Positions 26,726-39,401 of a stretch of DNA of 64,000 bases are shown one piece after another. Below the pieces are notes generated by a model. That model was given only the letters and a program-made list of their open reading frames with translations. It did no database searches and was not told where the DNA came from. The stretch lies in the NCBI RefSeq assembly GCF_963921235.1, contig NC_086105.1:41292001-41356000 (forward strand), given 5' to 3'. Numbering within the stretch: position 1 is the first letter of the stretch; each line of letters begins with the position of its first letter. This DNA comes from Mobula hypostoma. Taxonomy: Eukaryota. The position numbers and the translations under genes were made by a program.

Positions 26726-27241
26726 TTTATTTAGATTGTACTACAGCAATGGAAGTGAATTTTTTGTTTCACAATTAATGTACACATCATCTGCTTTATA
26801 GGTGTATATTAGGGAATCACCCAAATTTAAAGTGTCATGAGGTTATGTACAATTTCTAAATTTTCCACCACAAAGACTTTTGGATTATGTTTTCTCCCCC
26901 TGCTTATACCTGCAACCTTTAGCTAGAATTTAAAATAAGATACATGCAAAATCTATCTACATCCTTCTTATTCACAAAACCAAAAATGTACTGCTGATGC
27001 CCAATTTCTGTCACTCTTTTCCAGGAGGCAATTAATAATACTTGGCAAGGCATCATATGGTAGGATTAAGTCTATCTGCAATGGTTAATGATAGTAACTG
27101 ACAGGGCAGTAACTCATAGAACAACAATTACCTGGACAAAACAAAAGGGAACTATTTGTATTCATTACTGAACAAGAGACCGATAGCATTAAGGGAGGGC
27201 ACAGCATAAAAAAAAATGTTGGAGTGACATTAAACAACTGG

Positions 27242-27401
27242 AAACAACAGGAATTCTGCAGATGCTGGAAATTCAAGCAACATACATCAAAGTTGCTGGT
27301 GAACGCAGCAGGCCAGGCAGCATCTATAGGAAGAAGCGCAGTCGACGTTTCAGGCCGAGACCCTTCGTCAGGACTAACTGAAGGAAGAGTGAGTAAGGGA
27401 T
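27242..27401 (-). mobile_element. 160-bp Penelope terminal-repeat mini-element
   Basis: Matches the 3' end of the Penelope at 46538; flanked by 13-bp TSD ATTAAACAACTGG (27229-27241 and 27402-27414). Confidence 0.85.
27340..27375 (-). ncRNA. Minimal type I hammerhead ribozyme motif (intact core)
   Basis: AGUC-CUGACGA-AGG(GUCUCGG)CCU-GAAA-CG-UC^GACU; stem I AGUC/GACU, palindromic ACGU stem III as described for Penelope-associated hammerheads. Confidence 0.75.
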
Positions 27402-27583
27402 ATTAAACAACTGGTTCACAATAAAAGGTTATTGTCATGCAAGTAGCACTAAAAATTGTACAATCAATTATAATCACAGCAACATTTAAAACAATGTCGA
27501 TGTTTGTAGGGAACCATTTTAATGACATTTATACAGCACAAAATTAACTACTATAGTTTACAGAACAAAAAAAAATACAGAGT

Positions 27584-27685
27584 TTAAATTGGCCATTTCC
27601 ATTGGTTGTGAGGGGCTTCTTCTATTAATGGCTCCCAAGGTTTCCACTTGGCCATTTTCTTTGCGAGAGAAAGTTCACTCTCAGC
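27584..27685 (-). CDS. NDUFA5: NADH:ubiquinone oxidoreductase subunit A5, exon 5
   Basis: tag|[33 protein letters not shown]; hallmark WKWP C-terminus. Confidence 0.97.
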   Translation of the reverse strand, partial: AESELSLAKKMAKWKPWEPLIEEAPHNQWKWPI

Positions 27686-27889
27686 CTACAATTCAAACAT
27701 AACAATAAGTACACAAAGGCATTTACATACTGCAAAAGCACCATCAACTCTAATCAAAATTAAGAGTCTGTCAGCAAAGGTATTAAGAATCCTGACTGAA
27801 GTATTTGATACTGCTCTCTGAAATACTTTCCATTAACATTTTAGCCATTGTAGAGGTTCAGTTCAAAACTGCCTTAAGAATGGTCCCAA

Positions 27890-28400
27890 ACTCTTTTCTG
27901 TACTACATTGACGACAGAATTCGTACTGCTTCATGCACCCATGCTGAGCTCGCCAATTTTTATCAATTTTGCATCCAACTTCCATCCTGCCCTTACACTC
28001 ACTTGGTCCATTTCTGTTGTCACACCTCTCTCCCCTTTCTCAATCTTTGTCTCCATATCTGGAGACAAATTGTCGTCACTTGTCTTTTATAAACCTACCG
28101 ATTCCCACCCAGGCTCCTGTAAAAATGCCCTTCTCTTCTCAGTTCCTTCACCTCTGCTGCATCTGTTCCCAAGATGAGGCATCCTTTGCAGGAATTCAGA
28201 GATGTCCTCCTTCTTCAAAGAACAGGATTCCCTTCCTCCACCACTAACATCTGCGCTCACCCCATCAGAGTGAGTTTTTCTAATCAGTTTATTGAGCCTG
28301 TGGGCATCATCCGTGTGGATGCTATTGCCCCAGCACACCACTGCACAGAAGATTGTACTGGCAACAACAGACTGGTAGAACATGTGAAGGAGAGGCCAGA
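27890..28400. mobile_element. Penelope RT fragment (+, ~27890-28260) abutting a Rex1-type fragment (-, ~28262-28400)
   Basis: YIDD..TASCTHAEL and SQFLHLCCICSQDEA match the Penelope ORF; MFYQSVVASTIFCAVVCWG matches the 9321-9920 ORF. Confidence 0.7.
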
Positions 28401-28426
28401 ATTTATATAATCCAGCAGCGACATAC

Positions 28427-28492
28427 CTGTGAAATAATTTCTTCTATCTGGCCACAGTTGATTTTGTCTTCTATTTTTTGAGTATTATGCTC
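28427..28492 (-). CDS. NDUFA5: NDUFA5 exon 4
   Basis: cag|EHNTQKIEDKINCGQIEEIISQ|gtatgt, 66 nt. Confidence 0.95.
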
Positions 28493-28994
28493 CTGCAATA
28501 AGTGATACAAAAGCGGTGACTTGAAATTGCTAACTGCATGCAAGGCCTCACCCCAACACCATCAAGTATCAGTATTCAGACAATTAAATCAGATGTATCT
28601 GCCAAGAAAAGCTAGTTCTACAATTCTTTTCAAAGAAAATTTATATTTTCAGTAGTCACCACTTATTTTATTGTAACTGCTAATAACAAATATGTGTAAG
28701 TAATTTTACATAGTGATTTTAGATTTAGACATTTAGAGATCAGAGTTAATATAAGGGACAAAATCATGCAGAATTCAAGGCATCTTTTCAGTTTTGTCCA
28801 AGAACCTGAAGTGCTTAAATACAAATCAGGCAACACTGGATACAGAGAGCAAATCAGCCAGCATCAGTGGAGAGAAAAAATTTTGACATTTCAAAAGGAG
28901 GACCCTTCAGCAGAACTGGGAAAAGCGAACAAGTAAATACGCATAGCTGCACGTGGGAGAGAGGCAGAGAAGAAACAATATAGAATAGAGACCG

Positions 28995-29510
28995 AGCAAC
29001 ACACATAACAATTACTGGTGAACGCAGCAGGCCAGGCAGCATATCTAGTAAGAGGTACAGTCGGCGTTTCAGGCCGAGACCCTTCGTCAGGACTAACTGA
29101 AAGAAGAGCTAGTAAGAGATTTGAAAGTGGGAGGGGGAGATCCGAAATGATAGGAGAAGACAGGAGGGGGAGGGATGGAGACAAGAGCTAGACAGTTGAT
29201 TGGCAAAAGGGATATGAGAGGATCATGGGACAGGAGGCCTAGAGAAAGAAAGGGGGGGGAAGCCCAGAGGATGGGCAAGGGGTATAGTGAGAGGGACAGA
29301 GGGAGAAAAAGGAAATTGAGAAAAAAATGTGTGTATATAAATAAATAACGGATGGGGTACGAGGAGGAGGTGGGGCATTAGCGGAAGTTTGAGAAGTCTA
29401 TGTTCATGCTATTAGGTTGGAGGCTACCCAGACGGAATATAAGGTGGTGTTCCTCCAACCTGAGTGTGGCTTCATCTTGACAGTAGAGGAGGCTGTGGAT
29501 AGACATATCA
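28995..29510 (-). mobile_element. Penelope-like 3' fragment with mutated hammerhead (29059-29094)
   Basis: Near-identical to 46540-47070; cleavage triplet GUC changed to GCC. Confidence 0.85.
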
Positions 29511-29549
29511 AAAAGAAGCCTTAAAACAGGGAAATGGTAGTCAACTTAC

Positions 29550-29666
29550 TGTTTTGATCATGTTAAATCTTTCATTGATGATCTGCTCAGTGTACTTCCT
29601 ATATGCTGCTTCTGGAGGGATTGACTCAAGTACTGTGAGGACTCTTGTGTACAAAATTTTCAATTG
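29550..29666 (-). CDS. NDUFA5: NDUFA5 exon 3
   Basis: cag|[39 protein letters not shown]|gtaagt, 117 nt. Confidence 0.97.
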
Positions 29667-30661
29667 CTGTAAAAAAAAAATATATTTGAAGCATAAACTC
29701 TTATGGTATACTACTTTTAATCTCTCCATAGTTCATATTTCAGGATGTTAGTTCCTCTAGTAAGAAGCTATAAAGAGTAGATGCTACAATGCCCTTTCAG
29801 TGCCTCAGAATGGCTGTACTAGTTTAAAATTAGGAAACATAGAAAATGAGATGCTGTAATTAAATCTTTAAGGAGAATCTCTTCCTGACATTGTTTTTGG
29901 TATCAACGTAAAATCTGGTTTAACAATAAAATATTAAGTGTCAAAAAATACTTATTTTGAAAGAAAGTCAACACTTTCCAAATGTGGTATGTATGGACCC
30001 AGTAGAAAAAAGGAGCTGGACAAAAATTTCATATCTGATCATGTCTCTAGTTATACAAAGGGTACTGTGATAATTGATAGCAGGATGCTTATTTGGCTAT
30101 TAGAATGCAATTAATCTTGTCTTTAGCAATAGTACTTTAAATGTATTAGAACAAATACATACTAGAGGGTGAGAAGAAAATACTATTATGTGAAAATCAG
30201 TCATCCATTGTTTACACTAGCATTAGAGAATCAAATGATCAGAATTTTCTTTGATTAAAAAGTATGCACATTTTTGAATAACAATAAACCTCTCATATTC
30301 TGCATCTATGTATAGCTTCTTGTGATTCCACCATGAATCATCTCCTAGAGTGGAGACAGGTTAGAGAATCAGTCCTTGATTTTAGACAGAAATATGAATT
30401 TGAACTTTGAACTATAATTCCACTATCAATGTTTCCTTTTGGATATTCTAATCAGTCAAATGATAAGCTTACAAAAAGGACAGCAGGCTTCCTTTTCGCT
30501 CACCCTTTGTTCTGCAAAAGCCGCTGCCTGAATTCCAGCCACACATTTCAAGCATGGGAGTTTAGAAAAAAAACATTCACTAATCACATATATTGAACTT
30601 ATTTTGCAGCTCAGTCATTTTTACACATTACAGCACTAAAATAAATTTACAAGGACTATAC

Positions 30662-30706
30662 CTCAAGAGGATTCTGGGCCACAGCAAGACCCACCAGTCC
30701 AGTGGT
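30662..30706 (-). CDS. NDUFA5: NDUFA5 exon 2
   Basis: cag|TTGLVGLAVAQNPLE|gtatag, 45 nt. Confidence 0.95.
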
Positions 30707-31514
30707 CTGCAGAAAAGAAAGTGGATTATTTTATGTTCTAAGTGTACTCATGGACATTCCATCATTTTCTCGTCCCCTCCTTATAATACACCTTTTTTCT
30801 GTCACTTGTTCTTTTTCATTTACCACCTTGATTCTATGACCTACAGACCCAGTTTCAGAGACTCTTGACAACTCATGTTCTTAGTATTATTTTTAGTTTC
30901 ACAGTTTGTGTTCTTTTGCACATCAGTGTTTGCCAGTTTATGTATATGTTCCATAAATTCAATTTCACTTATTTATACTTAACTCTGATAATAAATTTGC
31001 TTTAAATTTTGACCCTCTCCCCGTCATTTTCTCTCCATTTTAATATAATTTTCTCCAATTCTCCACGGTCCCCCTGTGTCTCGTTTTCCCATTTACTCAA
31101 GCCCATACATACTTCCTCACTCACCTTTTACAGTATTTCCCTTTCATCCTTCTTATCATCTCCCTTTCCCATCTGTCTTCTGCACTTCGTCCCCTTAAAT
31201 GACTTCCTGGATCCCTTAAATTATCCCTTATACTTTATTTCTCTGCCTGTCCTCCATCTCTTCCACGTCTCCCTCCTCTCCTACATTTGATTCTCAGTGT
31301 GATCAGCTCCGTCCCATCTGTTTACCCTCTACTGACTGCCCTCCGCCTTCCCTAACCTTTTCCTCCCTCTCAATCCCCGCCACGCTCACCACCTTTGTCC
31401 AACCATTTCCTTCTCTTCTTACATATTTACACCCATCCCAATACAATTGCCCTGCTCCTTGCACATTTATCCCCTCCCTCTAAATTCACTACCTCCTCCC
31501 TGACCTCCACTCAC

Positions 31515-31535
31515 CTTCTTAAGGACTCCGGCCAT
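31515..31535 (-). CDS. NDUFA5: NDUFA5 exon 1 (start)
   Basis: Kozak ACCATGG; MAGVLKK|gtgagt; five exons total 116 aa. Confidence 0.95.
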
Positions 31536-31920
31536 GGTTGCAGCGGTGGATTGTGGGACCGCCTCCAGCCCGGTTAAACGAACGCCGAGCTGCCGCCGGT
31601 TCCAGACTCGATGAGTGGAGTGCCGAGAGCTGGGAGACCGGAGGCCGACCAGCTAGTGGGTTGGTGCCTGGATTTGGACGTCAGCTGCCGACCTTGAATC
31701 CGCCACAGGCCCGGCGGGTTCTGGACAGGGGAGGGTGCAGCTGCTGCTGTTTCTGCGGGTGGGAGTGTGCGAAGTGGGGATCGCGGGGTGGTAACTTCAT
31801 CGGAGGCTGTTCGGCCCTACAAGTGAGTGCTGGCCCCTTGAGTAGTCCCATTACACGAAAGCACTGATTGATTATCTTCCCCGCCCTGAGTTACAGATGT
31901 CGAGTGTTTCGGCCTGTCAC
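31536..31920. promoter_or_regulatory. CpG-island 5' UTR/promoter of NDUFA5
   Basis: Strong local GC/CpG enrichment directly upstream of the ATG; GC box CCCCGCCC near 31880. Confidence 0.7.
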
Positions 31921-34900
31921 TGTCTCCCTGGCCCTCCAACCATCAGATCATGGCTCAGATGCTCTCTGTTTTAAAACAGCCGTGAATCTGTATGTTTTTT
32001 ATCATACGGTTGACATAAAATGTTAATATTCGTTTACTTCTTAGATGCTGTCTGAGCTACTGCGCCATTTTAAAGGGAAGTTTTTTCTTTGTTTTAGATC
32101 TTCTGTCAACTTTTGCTGCTCCAACGAAATCCGTTCCCCCTCCTTTCAAACTCTTGGAACTATTTCAATAAGTCTGTCCCATGCCCTGCTTTGAATGTTC
32201 ACGTCTTTTTTAAAGTGTGGTGACCAGGATTGGACATAAAACTTCACCTGTGGCCTCACCAGTGCTTTGTACAGGTCCAACGTAACTTCCCTGTTTTGTG
32301 ATGCCATAAGCTTTACAAAATATCTTTCTCAGTATTTCTTAGAGAGACAGAGAGAGTTTATGTGTGTTTATATATTAATGCAATAAACACCATGTGTTTT
32401 ACTTGGAGACACATAAAGATATTCAACTTTTGGGGGGGAAATGTGCATGTACAGTGTTCCAGTGCATGAATAAACATCTTTATATGCATGAATTAAGCTG
32501 AAAAATTATGGGCATGCATTGGGGTACAAGAATGGGATTTTGTTTTTGCAGAATTAGTATACCTGCCCTAAAGTTAATAATATACTTACCCTTGCGTCTT
32601 TTGATGACAAGAACTTGTAGAGCCAATTGTAACTTGTAAGAAGTCCTATAAAAATATCTGCAATCTTCCAAAATAAAGCACTTTTGCCTACACGACCTGA
32701 ATGGTAACAAAGAAAACCTGTATTACGATAGTGCTTTTCACAATCTCAAGGTATTCAAATTACTCCATAGTCATTTGAGCACATTTGAATTTGAGAATAA
32801 AAAACAACATATAATAAGTACCATAACAGAACAGAAGAGCCCTCACAGCACATTGTCCATATGAATTGCACAGAACCTACAGTGGTGAAATTCACATAGA
32901 CAGTTGCTCCTGTTCAAAATGTGAGTTTGTTGTCACATGAGCAGGTACAATGAAAAACTTACTTGCCATGCAGCACAGGCACGTAGCATCAGATAGAAAA
33001 TGTTCACAAGGGAAACAAGTTAAACAAGAGAGGACACAATTAGAACAAAAAGAAACAAAGTCCATTGTGGTGCAAAGTAATCACAGTGTTGCTGTACTAG
33101 GGTAGAGATTAAGGTTGTGGAGATTGATTCAGCCTAATGTAGCTGATATTGAACCTGGTGGTGTGGGATTTAAGGCCTCTGTTAAAGTTAAACTTTAAGC
33201 AAATATTCTTAGCTTTCTGTTGGAAACTAAAACCAGTCTCCAGTTCTTAATGTAAGTTGCAAGCAGCAATCATTTTGAAGTTGGAGGCACAGCTTTGCAA
33301 AGTGAAGTAACCAGAAGACTTTTGTCTGCATTGGCCAAACACGGGACAATGGGGTTATGTCACTATCTATATCAAACATGATTATAAATTGGGTTGTTTG
33401 TGTACTAAGACGGTGAACCCTCACAGCAGCAGTTGTAGATATTTAGGATCTCTGTCAACAGAAGTTTTTAAGACCATTTGTGTGAGTTACCTTGTTCCTT
33501 CAAAGTATCTGGAAAACATCAGATGCAGATTATATAATCTAATAGAAAATAGTATAAATATCAGGAGCATTGATAGGAATAGCAAAGAGAATGTCAGAAA
33601 GATAGGGTTATAGAAAGAAGAACTAGAATTCAGTCCCCAACATTCAGTTTCTGTGATGGGCAACTCATTTGTCTGCAACTCATTGATATGTTCTTCTAGT
33701 TTGTAAAATTGTACCTGTGTTTTGAAATATTTTGTAGTTTGTAAACCTTTTGTAATTCAGAAATCTTTTATAAATTAGGAATCCTCTGAGTGTTAAGTGT
33801 GTGTTAAGACATATTTTTCTACACTTAAATGTGTTTCCTTAGAAATAAAGTATACTGTTATAAACTACTTCATTTGCTGGAAATATTTCATCCTTGGTAA
33901 GCTCAGGATACCACCATTCATGCAGAGACTTTTGCCAGGTAAACATTGCTGTAGAAATTAGACAAGGAAGTAATCTAGTCCTTGAAGAGTAGGTGGATAC
34001 GGTATAACCCTCCTGTAGTGAGGGTTCCCATGGATGCTTAGCGCCCTGCTCTACTCACGTTACACTTACGATTGTGTGGCTAAGCACAGCTCTAATGCCG
34101 TGTTCAAGTTTGCTGACAACATCAATGTTGGAGGGAGATTGAAAATCTGGTTAAGTGGTGCTATAACAACAACCTTTTATTCGATGTCAGCAAGAACAAG
34201 CTACTGATTATTGACTTCAGGAGGAGGAAGTTTACTTTAAACTTTGAGCTTTCTGCTGCCAATTCACTGATTTAGACTGTCATATATTTGCCCTCCTTAC
34301 CCTCCTTGAAGTTGCTACAATACTAATGTACAAAATTTACAGTATTAATAATCAGTAATGCAAAACAGACCTCAGCTTTTAGCACTGTTAGCTAGGCTCT
34401 AGTTCAACCTAAAAACTGGATTTGTATTATATATAAATTTCTTTAATTTTTTTTACATAGGATATATTGTTTTTTCTAAGGAAATACTAATTAAGACAAC
34501 TTTCTGAATTAATACCAATCCTACTTCTGTCAGCTTTGATTATTAATAAATTATTATCAAAACACTTATGGAACTTTAAAATTAACATTCAAATAATACA
34601 ATGCAGGGGAATTGTTCACAATGTATGCTTCAGTAGTTTTGATTTTCTGTATTGGTCATCAGTTGGTCTTAAAATAATTTATTGCCCTTTTAATTAAATT
34701 CCACCACAGTAACATTCTCGAAATCTAAAGTTTGTCTCAACCAACTTCCTCCCATATGATAATTGTTCATTTCTTTTTCCCTAGATTTCCCACCCATTGT
34801 TCAAAATGGAACTACTTGAAAAAATAATTTCATTCTTTTGAAGTTATTACATTGAATATTTATGTTACTGCCCTATTTATATTTAATCTGGCTACCAAAC

Positions 34901-36718
34901 AGATATCTTGATCTTATATTTTGAAAGCCTTTAGATCTTCAATATTAAACTCTTATTACTTGCTTTCTTTAGTTTTGTCTTGGACAGCATAAATTTCAAC
35001 TGTACAGATATTCCTTTAATTTCCATTTTGCAGTTGTCATACCCAATATCTAACAAAGCAATCTAATTTTTATAGGTTCAAGGTTTGCAATTTTGAAGAA
35101 TGATATTTTTGTGCCACTTTAATCTCACAATTCTTCCAATTTCAATAAAGTGCAATGAGTAAGTAAACAGTTTTATATCTTCTCCAAACTGTAGTGTTCA
35201 ATATAAAATATAATTTTAAGTTCTATGATGATCAATAGCCATTTGAAACATAAATAGGTAGGTAAAATATTGAAATTGGAGACTAGGAAGAAAAACAAAA
35301 ATGTTGTCAGAGAGGTGTGTTTTGAAGTAATCTCGCAAGGGGAGAGGAAATACAATGACAAAATTAAAATAGCGTGGAAGCTGAATTGGATTTTTGGCAA
35401 GATCATATTCTTTCTAGTAAAATATTGTAGTTCTTTCAAGACTGGATATGGACAACCATCCACTTACAGATATGCAGTGGAGAACTCTGGACAGATGACA
35501 AAGTGAGAATTCATTATTGTTATCGTACAAATGGAAGCAGGCCTGCAGCTGTAAATGAAATGGACAAGAGCCAGTTTCTGCTTTAAGGGAGAAGCAAAAG
35601 ATAGGTCCTTGAGGAGCTTTCATCATGCAGGGTTTGGAAGAGCTCAAGATATTCTGGATAACATTCACTTGCTAAGTATGGAATTAAGCAAGGGCTTACT
35701 CAGTGCAAACTGGATTTCACAGATGCAGCAAAGGAGGACGATGGTGTGATTATGTATATCAAATGTGAAGCTGAAGAGGAATAATGCAATATTACAATCA
35801 CAGAGATTTGAAAAGAGTGTTTTTGGCAGAAACCGACCCTGATTAGAGATCTTAATCTGGAAGCCATGAAAAAAGATGGACGTTAGACAACAGATTTTGG
35901 AACTTTGGAGCAATTACACAGGATGACTGTTAGCTGAAAATGGAATGGTTAAAGTTGATTTTCTGTGAAGTGGATAATTTTGCCAGTTTTAAAATGAGAA
36001 GCCATTTACAAAATCTACAATCATGGGATATTGGAGGAAGGTTGGATGGAATATGGTCCAAGAGCAGATACTGGCTTAGGCATAAAATAAGCTTGAGGAA
36101 GAGCAAATTGTTGCAAACAATGGGAACAATTTGAGAGGGGCATGCAGATTTAAAGCTATGGAAATCCAGAGCCTTGGAGAATTTTTCATTTGATGGAAAA
36201 GGAGGCGGAAAGGTAGTTGAACAGGTGGTTTCTAATTTAGTATGGAAAAAGTCTTTCACTGATTGTGGAAGGGACTGCAACAGTACTCAATTACTTAACA
36301 TCCCTCATTCAAAAGTCTTTTCAAACTCTGACTAATTTTTCAAACTCTTCCTAAATTCCTCCTCTATTGTTATTTCATGCTGATCCTTTTCATCTTTTTC
36401 AATGGCATGCTTTGCAACCATAAAAAAATTCAGATAGAACTTTTTAAAATAAATACATTTTAAATTGAACACTCATGGCTTCATCTGGAAAGAATATGTG
36501 GTGAGATTCTGGATCAGTGATGAAAACTGGGAACCAAGTGATCTTTTGTAAAAATCTGTTATTCCAAATTAGCATTTTCAATGTAATAGATCTTCTCACT
36601 TTCCTTATAATCACGTCCCTCACTTGTAGTCTATTGTTATCCTATACATATTAATCATTGCTCTTATTTTATCCTCTTCCTGTTAGCATTTAGTGCAGAT
36701 TACTTTAACCTCAAGATA

Positions 36719-36819
36719 ATGGATATGAACACTAACTTGACCAATGATCATCTGACTCAGTATGCAATCCAGCTGAGTTTACAAGAAGCCAGTAATCAGT
36801 CAACTCAGTATTATGAAAG
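36719..36819 (+). CDS. ASB15: Ankyrin repeat and SOCS box protein 15, coding exon 1
   Basis: MDMNTNLTNDHLTQYAIQLSLQEA...YYE, AG|gtaact. Confidence 0.88.
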
Positions 36820-37804
36820 GTAACTCTTTTGCAGAATGGAATCTAAATTTGTAACAAAAAGATTTATTCTCATATTCAATGTATTAATTTTGAAAAGAGC
36901 CAGCATTAATTAGTGGTAAAGGGAAACCTTTTAGATTAGGGGAAGTCCACAGCGCTGTTCCACAAGGTTTAGAGCGGGTCTTGTGATGTTCATAATTTAC
37001 ATGGGATTAAATAACTCTGTATGGAAATCTGCAGATGAATTTGAAGACTGCAGAATGTAGCCAATGTATAAAGGTAAACTTTAGATCAAACACTAGGCTA
37101 AATGTCTGAGCATTATCAGCACCTTAGACATAAGAATTTGTCTGAGATAAAATTCCAGAGAAATGTAGACTTAGAGGTAAATAAATTATTTCTAAAGGTA
37201 GAGTATTAATCTCAGTGAAGACAGATGAATGTATACAGGACCATGGACAGCCTGCACCTGGAGTACCACTCACATTCCAGTCTCTAAAGTGTAACAAGGA
37301 CATGGGTGTACAGGTGGGGGATGCAGAAAACATAATTACAGAAATGAACTATAGGTATAGTGAAAGGTTGAATAAGTTGTGTAGAAAAAATTCCCAGAGA
37401 AGATATTAATGTTATTATTAAAATTATGAATGAGTTGGACAGGAGGGAATGTTTGCACTTGTGAAAATTCATCCAAGGTTATTATTAATCTTGAATACTA
37501 ATTTATTACTAATAAATTCAATAGAGAATTTATTTTCTCAGTGAATATTTAGAATGTGGCACTCACTGCCACTGCAAATGGTTGAGGCAGATAACTTTAA
37601 TGGTTTATTTCAGAAGCTAGATCAGCACAAGAGAAAGAATACTGAAAAGATGAAAGAAATACAGTGAATGGATTGAGAGAGATATGGAGGGTAAACACCA
37701 GGGAGAATAGATGGGCCAAGTGGCCCATTTCTGCACTGTTGGAATGGAATAATTTCAAGTGATCCAGAATAAAACTTTTGTCCATGTTGTGATTCTTTTT
37801 ATAG

Positions 37805-37857
37805 CATTTTACCACCCAGCCAAGAAAACAGACAGATCGTGAAAGCAATCAGGCAAG
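37805..37857 (+). CDS. ASB15: ASB15 coding exon 2
   Basis: tag|ILPPSQENRQIVKAIRQ|gtatgc, 53 nt, phase consistent. Confidence 0.9.
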
Positions 37858-37939
37858 GTATGCAGACTGGCTTTCATGTGATGTGGTTTATGATGCTGCA
37901 GCTCGCAATGAATAGTCATTTTGTTTCTTTTTATTCTAG

Positions 37940-38071
37940 GAGATATTCTTGAGCTACAGCGACTGATTAAACATAAGTTTGCCTTGGATGAAGCAGACGA
38001 GAAGGGGTGGTTTCCATTGCATGAAGCTGCTGTTCAGCCCATTCAACAAGTGCTTGAGATTATATTAGATG
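37940..38071 (+). CDS. ASB15: ASB15 coding exon 3
   Basis: [44 protein letters not shown]|gtgagt. Confidence 0.95.
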
Positions 38072-39171
38072 GTGAGTAGATAATTAGGCTGTAGTGCAGT
38101 AAAATATTACCTCTGACTTGGTATTCACAAAACTGTAAAACTTCTCATTTCAGAACAAAGGCATATTCAGATAACATCTTTAATATGACAAAGATATTTC
38201 ACAGGAAGAAAATTTGGTTCAAAACAGAGGGGTAAATTATGAAGTTTAGGAAGGAGGTCCTTGAGGTTCCATTGGTAGCTAAAAACACAAACAGCAGAGG
38301 TGAAGTAATTGAGACTGGGAACGATCAAAAGGTCGGAAATGGATGAGGGCATTATCATAGGTTGTTTAGTGTGGGAGAGATGTCTGATTCTGAAGATAAG
38401 AAGGGATGAAGCTTTAGAGAGATTTGACAGAATTTACAATTGAGGCATTAAGCTTGACAAGGAACCGGCATACGTCAGCAAACAGATGGGAGTTTGAATG
38501 TCTTAAAGCAGTGAGCATGATTCATGAGCAGATGTCACTCTAATCCTTTATTTGATTCTCCATTATTTCTTTGTGAACCTCAACTACAAGTAATAACAAG
38601 GTATCATAGTTCAGAAACCATTTTAGTCGAATTCAATCCTGGCTTCAATAGATGTTGACCTATTTGCATTTCAAACAAGGAATTATGGATAGCAGTATGG
38701 AATGAACTCTCACTTCAGGTTTTCCAGGAGAAGTTGAGCTTCATCAGCTGCCCTAATTCAGATAAAGCCACTCAGCACAAAATCACCGACTATATTTATG
38801 ACTTCCCGGCTCAGTGAAGCTTAGGGATAATATTTCATCCCTGGAGCTCAATTATATTTTAATTGAAGTGCACCATTTCCCAAAGTGATTAGGGTAAAAT
38901 TATTTTCCAACAGTGAATTGGATATTTTGGTAACCATTATGTCATCATATACTGTGCTTATAACGAACAGCATGGTGTCTTTTCAGCTGGTGTAGCAGTT
39001 ACTGTCAAACCATTGTACCTATGCTTGTTCTGCAAATAATCTTTTATAAAAGAGTAGTTCCCAATTTCAAACTAAGTATTCTATTTACAATGTAATTGTG
39101 GAGGTGAGTGGAAGTAAAAGGGAGTTTAGTATATAAACGGGTCCTTCTGTGTTCCACATTGTTAATTTTAG

Positions 39172-39330
39172 CATCATATAAAACAATCTGGCAACAAAAG
39201 ACTGAAGATGGGGAAACTCCACTTACTTTGGCTGCTGCAGCTGGCATACTGGGGAATGTGCAGGCTCTTTTGGAGAAGCGGATTTGTCCCAATATTACTA
39301 ACAACAAAGGAGAAACACCCCTATTGATTG
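39172..39330 (+). CDS. ASB15: ASB15 coding exon 4
   Basis: [25 protein letters not shown]...[10 protein letters not shown]|gtgagt (ankyrin repeats). Confidence 0.95.
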
Positions 39331-39401
39331 GTGAGTAGATTTTTTTGAATATGATTCTCCTCCACCCCATCCCTTTCTTTCCTAACCTTTTTTTTACTGG
39401 A

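Noticed and set aside
31538-31867. 109-aa ORF divergent from NDUFA5
   Set aside because: Non-ATG start in a CpG island where stop codons are rare by composition
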